A stretch of DNA of 64,000 nucleotides from a virus (IMGVR_UViG_3300017763_000005:33607-97606), one strand, 5' to 3'; shown: positions 34,711 to 44,572, numbered from the stretch's first letter. Notes: generated by a model not told the origin, from the sequence alone. Translations and numbers: made by a program.

Positions 34711-35854
34711 ATTCTCCTACATCAGGATATTCAACTTCAGGAGTTACAATCTCATCGGCATCTACTTTGCTGTAGAGATCGAGGAATGCTTCCTTTGTAT
34801 CATTATCAAACCTTGAAATACAAAGATCAATTGCTTTGTCTCTTTTATCAAAGATTGAAAACGTTTGAACAATGTGGCAAAGTCTTCTAGTTGAAATAAC
34901 TTCATCAACACCATCATCGTAAAAAGTTTTACGTATAATGTCAGCCCATGTTACGAGCTTATCAGCAAAGTCGCTGTCTACACAATTGAATTTCTCCATG
35001 TGTTTTAATACAATCTTTTTTTCGATTGATAGCGATGGGAACTGCTGATCTACTGATATTGTAAATCTTTCGAGGAAAGCATCATCAATGATCGAAGCAG
35101 CTGTAAATCTGCCGTCATCAGAACCTTTACCTTTTGTATTTGCTGTGGCAATAACATTGAAGCCTTCAGCAGGATATACAATATCGCCAGTCTTTTTGAC
35201 TAGGACTGGTTTGCCTTCAAGGATTCCTTGTAAACACATGATTTTATTTGTTGCTCTATCGATCTCATCGAGGAGTAACACTGCGCCATTTTCCATAGCT
35301 TTTAAAACTGGACCTTTAGAGAAAACTGTTTCTCCATTGATAAGTCTAAATCCACCAAGCAAATCATCCTCATCAGTTTCAGGATTGATTTGAACTCTTA
35401 TAAACTCTTTGCCGACTTTAGCACATGCTTGTTCGACCATAAAAGTTTTACCGTTGCCAGATAGACCAGCAATATAAGTTGGATAGAACATATTTGATTT
35501 TATGATTTTTACAATATCGTGATATGCTCCCCAAGCAATAAATGTATCATCAATTTGAGCGAAGTTCTTTTCTTCGTTTACTATTGATTGCATTTGAGCA
35601 GCTTGAGCAGGGATGCTGTTTACTACAGAAGTACTGATTGCAGACTCTCTTAGAGGTTCAATCAAACCAGCAAGATCATAAGTACCAATCTTGACTCTGT
35701 TAGATTTTTGCATAAGTGGATCCCAGTCTTTTCCTGAGTATCCAAACGATTCGCCAACTTCGACGATCGCATTTTTTCTGAATTGAGTTTGATCAGGATA
35801 TCTGATCGCAAGCTCTTTTAAGATTATTTCAGTTGATTTTTTCAAGTTATTCAT
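34697..35854 (-). CDS. MoxR/CobS-like AAA+ ATPase
   Basis: GLSGNGKT, LLLDEID, ATANTKG, AFLERF, ISTRRL. Confidence 0.9.
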   Translation of the reverse strand: MNNLKKSTEIILKELAIRYPDQTQFRKNAIVEVGESFGYSGKDWDPLMQKSNRVKIGTYDLAGLIEPLRESAISTSVVNSIPAQAAQMQSIVNEEKNFAQIDDTFIAWGAYHDIVKIIKSNMFYPTYIAGLSGNGKTFMVEQACAKVGKEFIRVQINPETDEDDLLGGFRLINGETVFSKGPVLKAMENGAVLLLDEIDRATNKIMCLQGILEGKPVLVKKTGDIVYPAEGFNVIATANTKGKGSDDGRFTAASIIDDAFLERFTISVDQQFPSLSIEKKIVLKHMEKFNCVDSDFADKLVTWADIIRKTFYDDGVDEVISTRRLCHIVQTFSIFDKRDKAIDLCISRFDNDTKEAFLDLYSKVDADEIVTPEVEYPDVGEYDDV

Positions 35855-35888
35855 AATATAGTTTTCTCCTTATCTTTATTATTTGTAT

Positions 35889-35962
35889 ATTATACCATAG
35901 TTCGGCGCATTTGTAAACGATTATTTTCACTTTTTTTGAAAATAATTGACAGAAAAGTGTTG
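35889..35962 (-). promoter_or_regulatory. Early promoter with conserved 17-bp upstream box
   Basis: GTTTACA-N17-TATAAT plus CAACACTTTTCTGTCAA. Confidence 0.85.
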
Positions 35963-35965
35963 ATC

Positions 35966-38170
35966 TTATTCTGCAACTGCTTTACCGAAGTTAGTTAGTA
36001 GTGTTTTGTTAAGCTTTTTAGACTTACTAAACTTTTTAAATGCTGTGGTCAATTGACCTTTTGAAGCATCTTCAGCTGTAACAAATTCTTCTGCATCTGT
36101 TTCTAGTCTTTTAGATTTCAAAAAATAGAATTCGTTATAGCCAAGAGCATCTTTGAAAGTTACACATTTCTTTTTGTTGTATTCTTTCTGATACTTTCTC
36201 ATATTGCTGCTATCGTAGTAACAATCTTCATCGCAATCTTCAATTTTATATTTAAAGTTGTGAGCATTGTCTGCTAAGAAAAAGCCGATTGTAGTACAAC
36301 CAAATTTCTTTTGTAAGTTTTCAAGTAAGCTTTGAGTACCTCTTTTTCTTGTATCTTCTAGTTTAATATGCTCGCCCATAATATTTACAATAGCACCTTT
36401 GTAAGATTCTGTAAGAGTGTAATCTCTTTTACGATTTTTTACTATGCTGATTCCATTTGTATCTCCATCAGAGATTACTACGAAATTCATATTGTCAATG
36501 TTGTTTGCTCTTTTAAACTTATTAACCATTCTATGAGCAGCTATCAATGATTGATTAAGAGGTGTTGAACCATACTCTTCTTCTGGTGCCAATACATATC
36601 TTTCATAGAAACCATACTCACGTTTTGCAAGTACTTTTCTTAAGTAGATGTGGAATAAAGCTTCTTCATAATCTGCCTTTTTAAGAGTTGACGCAATTAC
36701 TTGAGGTAATGATAATCCACCGTGATGTACCTCTGATTCAATTTGAGCTATTGAATGGTCTTTTACTCCATCTTCCTCATCATATAACCATTGGCTTAAT
36801 CTTGGATTGCTATTCGTAAAACCATAAACATCAAACGGGATATTAACAGTTTTACAGAAAACAACTAAGTGTAAAAGTTGATCCATTACATTAGTCATAC
36901 ATTCTGACATAGAACCTGAGTAATCAATTAACATCATCATTCCATGATTTTTAGCATCAGCTAATTTTGTAACTCTTGCAAATATATCGTCGTTTGTTTT
37001 ATATGACCATAATCTATTTACATCAACTGAACCAGTTTTTGCAGTTTGAGCTCTTGTATATCTGAAAGCTGCTTTTCTCATTTCAAATTCTTTGACAGCA
37101 AAGTTGACATTTTGTTTGACAGTCTTAAGATATTGTTTAAACTCATATTCATGCATAGCAAGAGTCATTTCACTTTGGCCATCAAAATGTTCTAGTTTAG
37201 CTTGTCTTGATTTTTTAAGCTGAGCATATGGTGTGATAATAGCATCTCTTACTGGTTTACTAAATTCGTTACCAATAAGAGTTTGTGTACCACCTTCATT
37301 AATATCTAAGAGTGTATGCTCTTTTCTTCTAAATGCTTCATCTGTTTCAGAAACATCTTCTTCAGATGGTTTTTGGTCTTCAACATTTCCTTGATCATCT
37401 CCATCATCATCGGCCTTTGAAGGATCTCCTTTTGCTGAATCGTTTCCTTCTTCATCAGTTTCATCAATAGGATCTTGTTGTTCGTTTCCAGTATCTTTTG
37501 TTTGTTCATCTTGACTCTCCATATCATCGTGACCAGTTGGACTCATGTCATCCTCTTCTTCTTGACCTTCAGTTTCACTTTGTGATCCCATAGGTGGAGG
37601 TGTCATAAGCTCTTCTTGATTTTCTTTTGTATAAGCAAGAATATCTCTTACTAAATCAAGTACTTCATCAAATGTTTCTGTCTTCATTGATCTGTTATAG
37701 AAGACAAGTTCTTCATCTGACATAGGTACATCAAGGTGAGCACCAACTTTAGCCTTTAGGTTAATTTTATCGATAAGTTTAACTTGATCCCAATCTAAGT
37801 CTTCATCAACTCCAAAAAAGTCGTCTTCAAAAAGCTTTTTGTATCCTCTTGCCATTGGAGCAACAAGACCAACATAAGCTTCTTTAATGTGTCTTTCAAT
37901 TCTAGCATCTTCAACAACATTAATATAAGAACGAGGACAGCCTTCTAGTTTTTCAGGACTATCATGCCAGCCTTCGTATGGTGTAAATAAAGCATGTCCA
38001 ACTTCATGACCTATAAAAAGATCTGCGACATCTTTACCCATATCTTTCCAGAGTGGAATACCTAGAATTCTGTTTTTAATATCAAACCAAGCTGTTTTGT
38101 AATTACCATATTGCACAGTAATATTTTCTTTTGCTAAAAGCTTGGCAAGAGTGCTTTTGTGTTTAATCAT
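35966..38170 (-). CDS. CobT-like protein: HExxH domain, acidic linker, vWA domain
   Basis: HEVGH, NVVEDARIE, DYSGSM (MIDAS), STPL, ISDGD. Confidence 0.88.
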   Translation of the reverse strand: MIKHKSTLAKLLAKENITVQYGNYKTAWFDIKNRILGIPLWKDMGKDVADLFIGHEVGHALFTPYEGWHDSPEKLEGCPRSYINVVEDARIERHIKEAYVGLVAPMARGYKKLFEDDFFGVDEDLDWDQVKLIDKINLKAKVGAHLDVPMSDEELVFYNRSMKTETFDEVLDLVRDILAYTKENQEELMTPPPMGSQSETEGQEEEDDMSPTGHDDMESQDEQTKDTGNEQQDPIDETDEEGNDSAKGDPSKADDDGDDQGNVEDQKPSEEDVSETDEAFRRKEHTLLDINEGGTQTLIGNEFSKPVRDAIITPYAQLKKSRQAKLEHFDGQSEMTLAMHEYEFKQYLKTVKQNVNFAVKEFEMRKAAFRYTRAQTAKTGSVDVNRLWSYKTNDDIFARVTKLADAKNHGMMMLIDYSGSMSECMTNVMDQLLHLVVFCKTVNIPFDVYGFTNSNPRLSQWLYDEEDGVKDHSIAQIESEVHHGGLSLPQVIASTLKKADYEEALFHIYLRKVLAKREYGFYERYVLAPEEEYGSTPLNQSLIAAHRMVNKFKRANNIDNMNFVVISDGDTNGISIVKNRKRDYTLTESYKGAIVNIMGEHIKLEDTRKRGTQSLLENLQKKFGCTTIGFFLADNAHNFKYKIEDCDEDCYYDSSNMRKYQKEYNKKKCVTFKDALGYNEFYFLKSKRLETDAEEFVTAEDASKGQLTTAFKKFSKSKKLNKTLLTNFGKAVAE

Positions 38171-38202
38171 TGAGTTTCCTTATCTTTTTGATTTATATAT
38201 CT

Positions 38203-38276
38203 ATTATACCATAGTTCAGCGCATATGTAAACGTTTTTTGGTGAAATAATTGAAAATAGTTGACAGAAAAGTGTTG
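38203..38276 (-). promoter_or_regulatory. Early promoter with conserved 17-bp upstream box
   Basis: GTTTACA-N17-TATAAT plus CAACACTTTTCTGTCAA. Confidence 0.85.
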
Positions 38277-38291
38277 TTCTTCTGAGAAAAG

Positions 38292-38367
38292 TGGTGCTGG
38301 TAGTCGGATTCGAACTGACGACCTACTGATTACAAATCAGTTGCTCTACCAACTGAGCTATACCAGC
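38292..38367 (-). tRNA. tRNA-Thr(UGU)
   Basis: GCTGGTA acceptor stem, D loop AGTTGGTA, anticodon loop TTTGTAA, GTTCGAATC T loop, encoded CCA; 76 nt. Confidence 0.95.
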
Positions 38368-38368
38368 A

Positions 38369-40084
38369 TTATTTAATCTTTGAGAAATTCCTCTCTTTGA
38401 AGAATTCTATCTTACTTCTGAACTTATTTTCTAATACATCGCCTTTATGAGATATAATGAATACATTACTTCCATCATCAAGAGTATCTAGAATCTTTGT
38501 GAGGTTATCTACACCATCTAAGTCTAGACTTGAATCGAATGTTTCATCAAGAATAAGCAAATTAGATGCTGCACTATTCTTCATTTTAGCTATTTGTCTC
38601 CATGTAAAGAGAAGAGCTAAGTCGATTCTTTGTTTTTCTCCTTCTGAAAAGGAAGCATAGTTAAATGAATCACGATGACGAGATCGAATAGTCTCATTAA
38701 AGTTTTCATCTAAATGAAATGACACAAAGAAATCTAAGATCTGTAAGTATTGGTTAATTAATCTATTCATCACTGGCAAATATTGCTTAATGACTTTAGT
38801 TTTAATTCCAGTATCTTTGAGCATTTCTCCTATGACTTCATTATAGGTTCTTTCTTCTACATACTCAAGTTTCTTTTCAGTTGATGTATCTTTATTCTTT
38901 CTTAATGAAGTAAGTTCTTTCTTTGCTTTTGATACGTCTCCAGTTTGACCTTGTAGACCATCAATTTCTTTCTGTACTTTATTAACTTCTTTTTGTAAAA
39001 GAGCAATTGCATCATTGTTACTATTTATCTTTTGTTGTTTTTGACGGAGCTTATTTAAACTATTAGATACTTCTTGTTGCTCAACTTTTAACTCATCAAT
39101 ATTTTTAGTTAAGTCTTGTTTAGCAGTTTGTATCTCTTTTGCTTTATCTTTTAAAAGACCAAGCTTTTCAGTTTTCTTTTCTTCTTCAATAGGTTGATCA
39201 CACGTCGGACATTCATCATTCTCTTCATAGAATCTTGACTCGTCAACTAAACCTTTAATCTTATCGTTGAATTGCATATCATATGAATCAAGTTGAGAAA
39301 GCTTTTTAACAATCTGTCCACTATGTTTTTCTTCAGTTGATATTGATGCTGATAAATTCTTCCCAAGCTGTTTGCTTTCGTCAAAGAGTTTATTGATTTG
39401 TTCTTTATGGTTTTCAATACTATCTCTTTTCTTTTCTATTTGATCATCGTTTAACTCTTGTAAGTCTTTTATATACTTGCCTTGAGCATCCATTTTAGTT
39501 TTAAGAATATCTATTTGATGATTAACATCAGTTAATTCATCTTTGATTTTAGAGTTTCTTTCTTTTAAAAGAGTATTCATCTTAGAAAAGATGTTAATGT
39601 CTAGTAAGTCTTCAATGATATTTCTTCTTGACCAAACAGGCAATTGCATGAATGGTATAAAAGAAGATGAACCAAGTACAACTACCTGGTGAAATGATTT
39701 ATGATTTAGCTTAAGGATATTTTGTTCTAAGAACTTTTGATAATCTCTTGCATTAGATGCTTGATTAATAAGATTACCATTTTGATATATTTCAAACTTA
39801 CCTGGCTTAATACCACGTATAATCTTAAACTCATGACTTCCTATAGTCATTTCAACTGTAACCAATGTACCTTTTTTATTGATACTATTAATCATTTGGT
39901 CTTTCTTAATATCTCTATGGGGTTTGCCAAAGAGTGCAAAGGATAGAGCATCAAGTAAAGTTGACTTACCTGCTCCATTCTGACCAACGATTAACGTTGA
40001 TGGTGTTTTATCTAATAATATTTTTATTGGATCGCTTCCAGTGGATAGAAAGTTCTTCCACTCACATGATTTAAAATGTATCAT
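38369..40084 (-). CDS. 46: Recombination endonuclease subunit, Rad50/SbcC-like (gp46)
   Basis: GQNGAGKST, CPTC zinc hook, FSEGEKQRID, LILDE. Confidence 0.96.
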   Translation of the reverse strand: MIHFKSCEWKNFLSTGSDPIKILLDKTPSTLIVGQNGAGKSTLLDALSFALFGKPHRDIKKDQMINSINKKGTLVTVEMTIGSHEFKIIRGIKPGKFEIYQNGNLINQASNARDYQKFLEQNILKLNHKSFHQVVVLGSSSFIPFMQLPVWSRRNIIEDLLDINIFSKMNTLLKERNSKIKDELTDVNHQIDILKTKMDAQGKYIKDLQELNDDQIEKKRDSIENHKEQINKLFDESKQLGKNLSASISTEEKHSGQIVKKLSQLDSYDMQFNDKIKGLVDESRFYEENDECPTCDQPIEEEKKTEKLGLLKDKAKEIQTAKQDLTKNIDELKVEQQEVSNSLNKLRQKQQKINSNNDAIALLQKEVNKVQKEIDGLQGQTGDVSKAKKELTSLRKNKDTSTEKKLEYVEERTYNEVIGEMLKDTGIKTKVIKQYLPVMNRLINQYLQILDFFVSFHLDENFNETIRSRHRDSFNYASFSEGEKQRIDLALLFTWRQIAKMKNSAASNLLILDETFDSSLDLDGVDNLTKILDTLDDGSNVFIISHKGDVLENKFRSKIEFFKERNFSKIK

Positions 40085-41142
40085 ACTACTTCTAGATTTT
40101 GTGCCTCCGTAAATAACTTACGTAGTTCTACTTTAAGATGTTCTTTATCTAAGTCAGTATCTACTGCTTCGACATAAGAATCTAAAAGTTCAGTAGTATC
40201 TTCTAGGGATATTTTCTCGTCTTCTACGCTTTCTCCCAAATACTCTTCAAAACTTTCAGCTATCTTAAGCTCATACGTTTCAATGTTTTGTAATCGATCA
40301 ATAAACTTATCGAACATATACAAGTCGTTTTTATTTATAACAATCAGTTTAATGAACTTCTTTTCAAACTCTGATATGTCTACTTTATCATAATCTGTTT
40401 TAGTATCATCATATATAACTTTCTTAAACATTGTAATTGGATTACGAACTGCTTCAACTTCTCTTGTTTCAGTATCTAGTACATGAAAGAATTTAGGATC
40501 GTCTACATCTGCCCAAGTGAATTCCATTTGAGAACCAAGATAAGTTACGTTACCTTGAGTTGATCTTGTATGGAAATGACCACTTAATACTTTTTCAAAT
40601 CTTGAGAATACATCAGCACTCATACCATGTGGATTAGGCATCCCTGCCATCATATCAAATCCTTTTAATTCTAAATGAGCTCCAAGTATTGGCGCACCAC
40701 ATTTTTGAGCAAACTCTGTATACTCTTTATAATTTGAATTATTAATCCAAGGTATAACTGCAACTTTTAGACCATCATAGTCTAATACAGTTGGCTTCAT
40801 TATGATATTTACATTACTGGTAAAATAGCCAAGCAGTTCTTTGAGGCTACACAATTCATTTGTGTTTTTAAAATAGACATCGTGGTTTCCTGGGATGATA
40901 TCCATAGTAATGCCAGCATCCCGCATAGGCTCAAGAAAATGCTTACGATTAGCATTAAGCGCTTTAAAGTTGACAAATTTTCTGTGTTCATAATAGTCTC
41001 CTAAATGAAGTATGTTTTTAATGTTATGTTCTTTTAAATATGGAAAAAATATCTCGAGATAAAAGCGTTCTTGATACTGTAAGAAAATATCACTACTATT
41101 TCTGACACCACAATGAGTATCATTTAATATTGCTACCTTCAT
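40081..41142 (-). CDS. 47: Recombination endonuclease subunit, Mre11/SbcD-like (gp47)
   Basis: DTHCG, HLGD, PGNHD, SGHFH. Confidence 0.96.
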   Translation of the reverse strand: MKVAILNDTHCGVRNSSDIFLQYQERFYLEIFFPYLKEHNIKNILHLGDYYEHRKFVNFKALNANRKHFLEPMRDAGITMDIIPGNHDVYFKNTNELCSLKELLGYFTSNVNIIMKPTVLDYDGLKVAVIPWINNSNYKEYTEFAQKCGAPILGAHLELKGFDMMAGMPNPHGMSADVFSRFEKVLSGHFHTRSTQGNVTYLGSQMEFTWADVDDPKFFHVLDTETREVEAVRNPITMFKKVIYDDTKTDYDKVDISEFEKKFIKLIVINKNDLYMFDKFIDRLQNIETYELKIAESFEEYLGESVEDEKISLEDTTELLDSYVEAVDTDLDKEHLKVELRKLFTEAQNLEVV

Positions 41143-41324
41143 GCTTGTTTTGCGAGACTCATCATGCGTTTTTGAGCTTTCATAATTCGCCTTCCAGCTA
41201 ATTTAATCTTTTCCATTTTAGCAGCAATGACTACTCTATGGACTTTACGCTTTTCTTCACGTTGAGTTCTTTTCTTCATAAGACGCATATGTCTTAGATT
41301 TTGTTTTGTGCTTACTTTTTTCAT
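41139..41324 (-). CDS. Small basic hypothetical protein
   Basis: 61 aa, Lys/Arg-rich, coupled between gp55 and gp47. Confidence 0.55.
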   Translation of the reverse strand: MKKVSTKQNLRHMRLMKKRTQREEKRKVHRVVIAAKMEKIKLAGRRIMKAQKRMMSLAKQA

Positions 41325-41899
41325 TACATAAATAACTCGAGTTTTTCTTTCTCTCGTTTCTTCTCCTCTTTTGCAAATTGTTTAATAGCTTCATCTTTTG
41401 TACGTATAGTACCAATCCTTTGTCTTAATGTATCAACATAAGCCATTGTTTCTTCAGCACCTTCGTTATCCATACCCATAGCAACAAAGTCTTCAATACC
41501 CATTTTCTCAATGAACTTAAACTTGATATCTTGTTGTTTCTTTTCTTTGGTGATTCTACGAATAAATGCAAAATAGCATATTTGAGTAAAGTATGAGAAT
41601 GCATTTGGTTTGCCTGTTCTTGTAGCAGTTTCGATATTATAATTACCAATTGCTCTTAAACAGTTTTCAACTGCATCCATTACCATTTCTTCTCGATATG
41701 TGTACCTCACGAAGTTCGGTCTGTGAGACAGTCCTTCTGAGATTCTTATAAAACATCTTGCAATATAATCAGGAACTGTAGGTACTGGCTTATCAGCTTT
41801 TCTGCATGCATGAGCTTCTACAGCATAATCCATAACGGCTTCAGAGAATTCTCTGTTATTGACGTAATGAGGTTTATCTTTTGGTTTAATTTGAGCCAT
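41324..41899 (-). CDS. 55: Late sigma factor (gp55)
   Basis: HYVNN, YTYREEMVMDAVENC, NAFSYFTQICYFAFIRRI. Confidence 0.96.
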   Translation of the reverse strand: MAQIKPKDKPHYVNNREFSEAVMDYAVEAHACRKADKPVPTVPDYIARCFIRISEGLSHRPNFVRYTYREEMVMDAVENCLRAIGNYNIETATRTGKPNAFSYFTQICYFAFIRRITKEKKQQDIKFKFIEKMGIEDFVAMGMDNEGAEETMAYVDTLRQRIGTIRTKDEAIKQFAKEEKKREKEKLELFM

Positions 41900-41920
41900 A
41901 TATTTTCTCCATAATGTATT

Positions 41921-41950
41921 ATTATACCATACTTTCAGTCAAATGTAAAC
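41921..41950 (-). promoter_or_regulatory. Early promoter for gp55
   Basis: GTTTACA-N17-TATAAT. Confidence 0.8.
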
Positions 41951-41983
41951 GATTAATTTATTTTAATTATTTTCACAAAAAAC

Positions 41984-42013
41984 GTTTACAAATGCTTGTT
42001 TTTATGGTATAAT
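41984..42013 (+). promoter_or_regulatory. Divergent plus-strand (antisense) early-type promoter
   Basis: GTTTACA-N17-TATAAT with extended TG; upstream AATTATTTTCACAAAAAAC identical to the 14288 promoter. Confidence 0.7.
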
Positions 42014-42045
42014 ATATTAACACCCGGAGCGGTAGAGGTATAGGA

Positions 42046-42429
42046 TTAATGTATTGTCCTCTTCGCATCAGGTATCAGATCAGCGTAATCAGAACTTAAA
42101 CTGTCTTCGTACTCTTTTAAGAGTTCTTCATCAGTTCGAGTATCAGGTGGGCTGATCGGTTTATCCATCTTAAGAGCAAAGTCAACATATGTATCTTTTA
42201 TAGACTCTGCTATTGGTACATGCTGTATTATACTGCTCTTAAGTACTTTAAATTGTTTATCCTCTGAGAATGGAAACCATGCAGAGAATTGTATACCACC
42301 AAGAAGACTTGGATTGATTCTTACTGGTCGTTCAATAATGTAATTATCGTCATTCTTAATTGCAAGTAATCCGATAATCTCTTCACCATTCATGAGTTTA
42401 AAATGTCTTATATTTAATCCTGTATTCAT
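42046..42429 (-). CDS. Sm-like conserved hypothetical protein
   Basis: FKLMNGEEII motif; late box at 42435-42442. Confidence 0.75.
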   Translation of the reverse strand: MNTGLNIRHFKLMNGEEIIGLLAIKNDDNYIIERPVRINPSLLGGIQFSAWFPFSEDKQFKVLKSSIIQHVPIAESIKDTYVDFALKMDKPISPPDTRTDEELLKEYEDSLSSDYADLIPDAKRTIH

Positions 42430-42437
42430 ATTATTAT

Positions 42438-43934
42438 TTATATGTTTATATCGTACATCTTATAGTTAAATCTTTCTTTTGAGTATATTTTAATTCTTTC
42501 AGCTGCATGCTGTAATGTATAGTTCTTTTGTGTCTTCCAATGTAAGTCATCTGCTATATCATATATCTTAGTATCTGTTCCATCTTCACTCTTCCTCAAC
42601 CCTCTTCCGATCGATTGAAGTACTCTAATTTGGCTTTTACTTGGGCTAGCAAAGATGATGTTATGTAAATTGCGAATGTTAATACCAGTAGAAAAAGTCC
42701 CAATACTTGCAACGATAATTGCGTCTTTCTCTTTCTCGGTAATCTCACGGACTGATTCTCTTGTGTCAACATCTGTTTCTCCTGATACGTAAAAGAGTTT
42801 TCTCTTATCTGGCATCTTTGTTTGTAATAATGAATGCAATGGTTTACCATGCTTGTCTACGTAATTAAACAATATTAAAGTATTGCCTTTTTGATCTAAT
42901 GCTAAATTACTTATAAATTTGTTTCTTGGTTCGTACCTTACAATAAAATCTAACTCTTGTTGATATTTCTCTTTTACTATCTGTTTGCAATACTCTTCTT
43001 TATATTTAAGTATTAATATATCTATATTTAATTGAGCCAGATCGTCATTGTCCATTAACTCTTTTGTAGTAGTTACTTTATATACTGGACCAAACAATCC
43101 TTCTAATACTAATTGATGTGTTTGAGTTCCATCTAATGTTCCAGTAGTACCAATACGATATTTTGCTTCTGTACATTTCTCTAATATACTTGTTAATGAT
43201 TTTGCTTTAAAGTTATGTGCTTCGTCTCCTATGACCATACCAAAACTATTAAACCAACTTGCTGGTAATTTATATATTGATTGCCAAGTGGATATAATAA
43301 TTCTTTGAGATACTCCAATTTTTTCTCGGCCAGAATATATTCTATGACAGTTTTCTTCATGAGACCATGTATCCTTACGAGAGTAGTCTCCGAAATCAGA
43401 GTACATTTGCTCTACCAATGATGTCGTAGGTACTATCAGCAAAACGTTACCATCAAAAACATCTAGGTAATATCTTATAGCTAAATATATGATTAAACTC
43501 TTCCCAGAAGCAGTTGGTGATAACAGTAAGGATTTCTCTTGAGAAAGTGTGTGCGAGAGTCCCTCCAATTGATATTGTCTAGGTATTATATCAACTCCGT
43601 TCACAGAAAGGGACAGATTTGATAATAGGCCTTCTAGGTCAGGGCTGAGGGATGATTCGAGTGCACCATATTGCGGCGATTCTATCACTTCTAACTTATA
43701 ATCCCTCACGTCACAAAACTCACGCAAATATTTGTGAAGTCCGCAGTATAATGTTTTCTTTCTACTATCAAATAATCTTATTTTACCGTCCCACATACGA
43801 TTACGATATGCTGGCATAAATTTATACCCAGGCACAAAGAATTGGAAATGCTCTGATAATTCCATTTCAATAGACGGGTCGGTTTGTATGTTTAAGAAGA
43901 CTTCGTTCTTCTTTTGAATAGTAATGGTTTCCAT
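42438..43934 (-). CDS. uvsW: DNA helicase UvsW
   Basis: WDGKIRLF, SPTASGKS, GDEAH, QSIGRGLR. Confidence 0.96.
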   Translation of the reverse strand: METITIQKKNEVFLNIQTDPSIEMELSEHFQFFVPGYKFMPAYRNRMWDGKIRLFDSRKKTLYCGLHKYLREFCDVRDYKLEVIESPQYGALESSLSPDLEGLLSNLSLSVNGVDIIPRQYQLEGLSHTLSQEKSLLLSPTASGKSLIIYLAIRYYLDVFDGNVLLIVPTTSLVEQMYSDFGDYSRKDTWSHEENCHRIYSGREKIGVSQRIIISTWQSIYKLPASWFNSFGMVIGDEAHNFKAKSLTSILEKCTEAKYRIGTTGTLDGTQTHQLVLEGLFGPVYKVTTTKELMDNDDLAQLNIDILILKYKEEYCKQIVKEKYQQELDFIVRYEPRNKFISNLALDQKGNTLILFNYVDKHGKPLHSLLQTKMPDKRKLFYVSGETDVDTRESVREITEKEKDAIIVASIGTFSTGINIRNLHNIIFASPSKSQIRVLQSIGRGLRKSEDGTDTKIYDIADDLHWKTQKNYTLQHAAERIKIYSKERFNYKMYDINI

Positions 43935-43935
43935 A

Positions 43936-44121
43936 TTACCAATTATGTATAATATTTCCTATAATAAAAAAAGCGCATACAACGTTTACTAAAACAACAA
44001 AGGTTCTTATTACAGCAACATAGTTATCGTAATCTTCTGTTTTATCGTCACTAAATGAACCTATAGAGTATTTCCATATAGTCCAAAATTTAGATACCAC
44101 TAGTAAACTTTCTCCACTCAA
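43936..44121 (-). CDS. Small membrane protein
   Basis: WKYSIGSFSD...IRT...NIIHNW motif. Confidence 0.6.
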   Translation of the reverse strand: MSGESLLVVSKFWTIWKYSIGSFSDDKTEDYDNYVAVIRTFVVLVNVVCAFFIIGNIIHNW

Positions 44122-44536
44122 TCATGTTCTTTATATTCTGATGTCTCCATTTGACATTCTCTAATATTTCTTTTAAAGTAGCACAAACTTCTTCTAGGTA
44201 TTGTATCTTAGCTTGATGTTCTTGAATTAATGGATCAGCATCATAGTATCTGTCCATATCGCCTTTTAAAACTGTAAGACCATTTAAAGGATCATAATCC
44301 CAACCTTTCTCATCAATTTCTTCTTTTGACATTTTGCCATTATAATGTAGCCACTTGTCTTTAAGCAAAACTTTAAAATCAAGTTCAGCCTTTTTAAGTT
44401 TCATTCTATTAACTGATAAAAGTTCTAAATATTTGCCGTGAAGTTTAGCGGAGTCTCTTGATGTCTCATCTAGATTCATTTCATCTATAATGGAATCAGT
44501 TTTCCACATATCTAAGATTTGTTGTAAATTATTCAT
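44090..44536 (-). CDS. uvsY: Recombination mediator UvsY
   Basis: LHGKYL, IKNMIEWRKF.SG. Confidence 0.92.
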   Translation of the reverse strand: MNNLQQILDMWKTDSIIDEMNLDETSRDSAKLHGKYLELLSVNRMKLKKAELDFKVLLKDKWLHYNGKMSKEEIDEKGWDYDPLNGLTVLKGDMDRYYDADPLIQEHQAKIQYLEEVCATLKEILENVKWRHQNIKNMIEWRKFTSGI

Positions 44537-44542
44537 GTATAT

Positions 44543-44572
44543 ATTATACCATACTTTAGTGAAAATGTAAAG
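44543..44572 (-). promoter_or_regulatory. Early promoter, leaderless uvsY mRNA
   Basis: TTTACA-N17-TATAAT-ATATAC-ATG. Confidence 0.8.

Noticed and set aside
34697-38170. Cobalamin biosynthesis (cobS/cobT)
   Set aside because: No cobN or other cob genes; the motifs only support a generic MoxR-type AAA+/vWA pair
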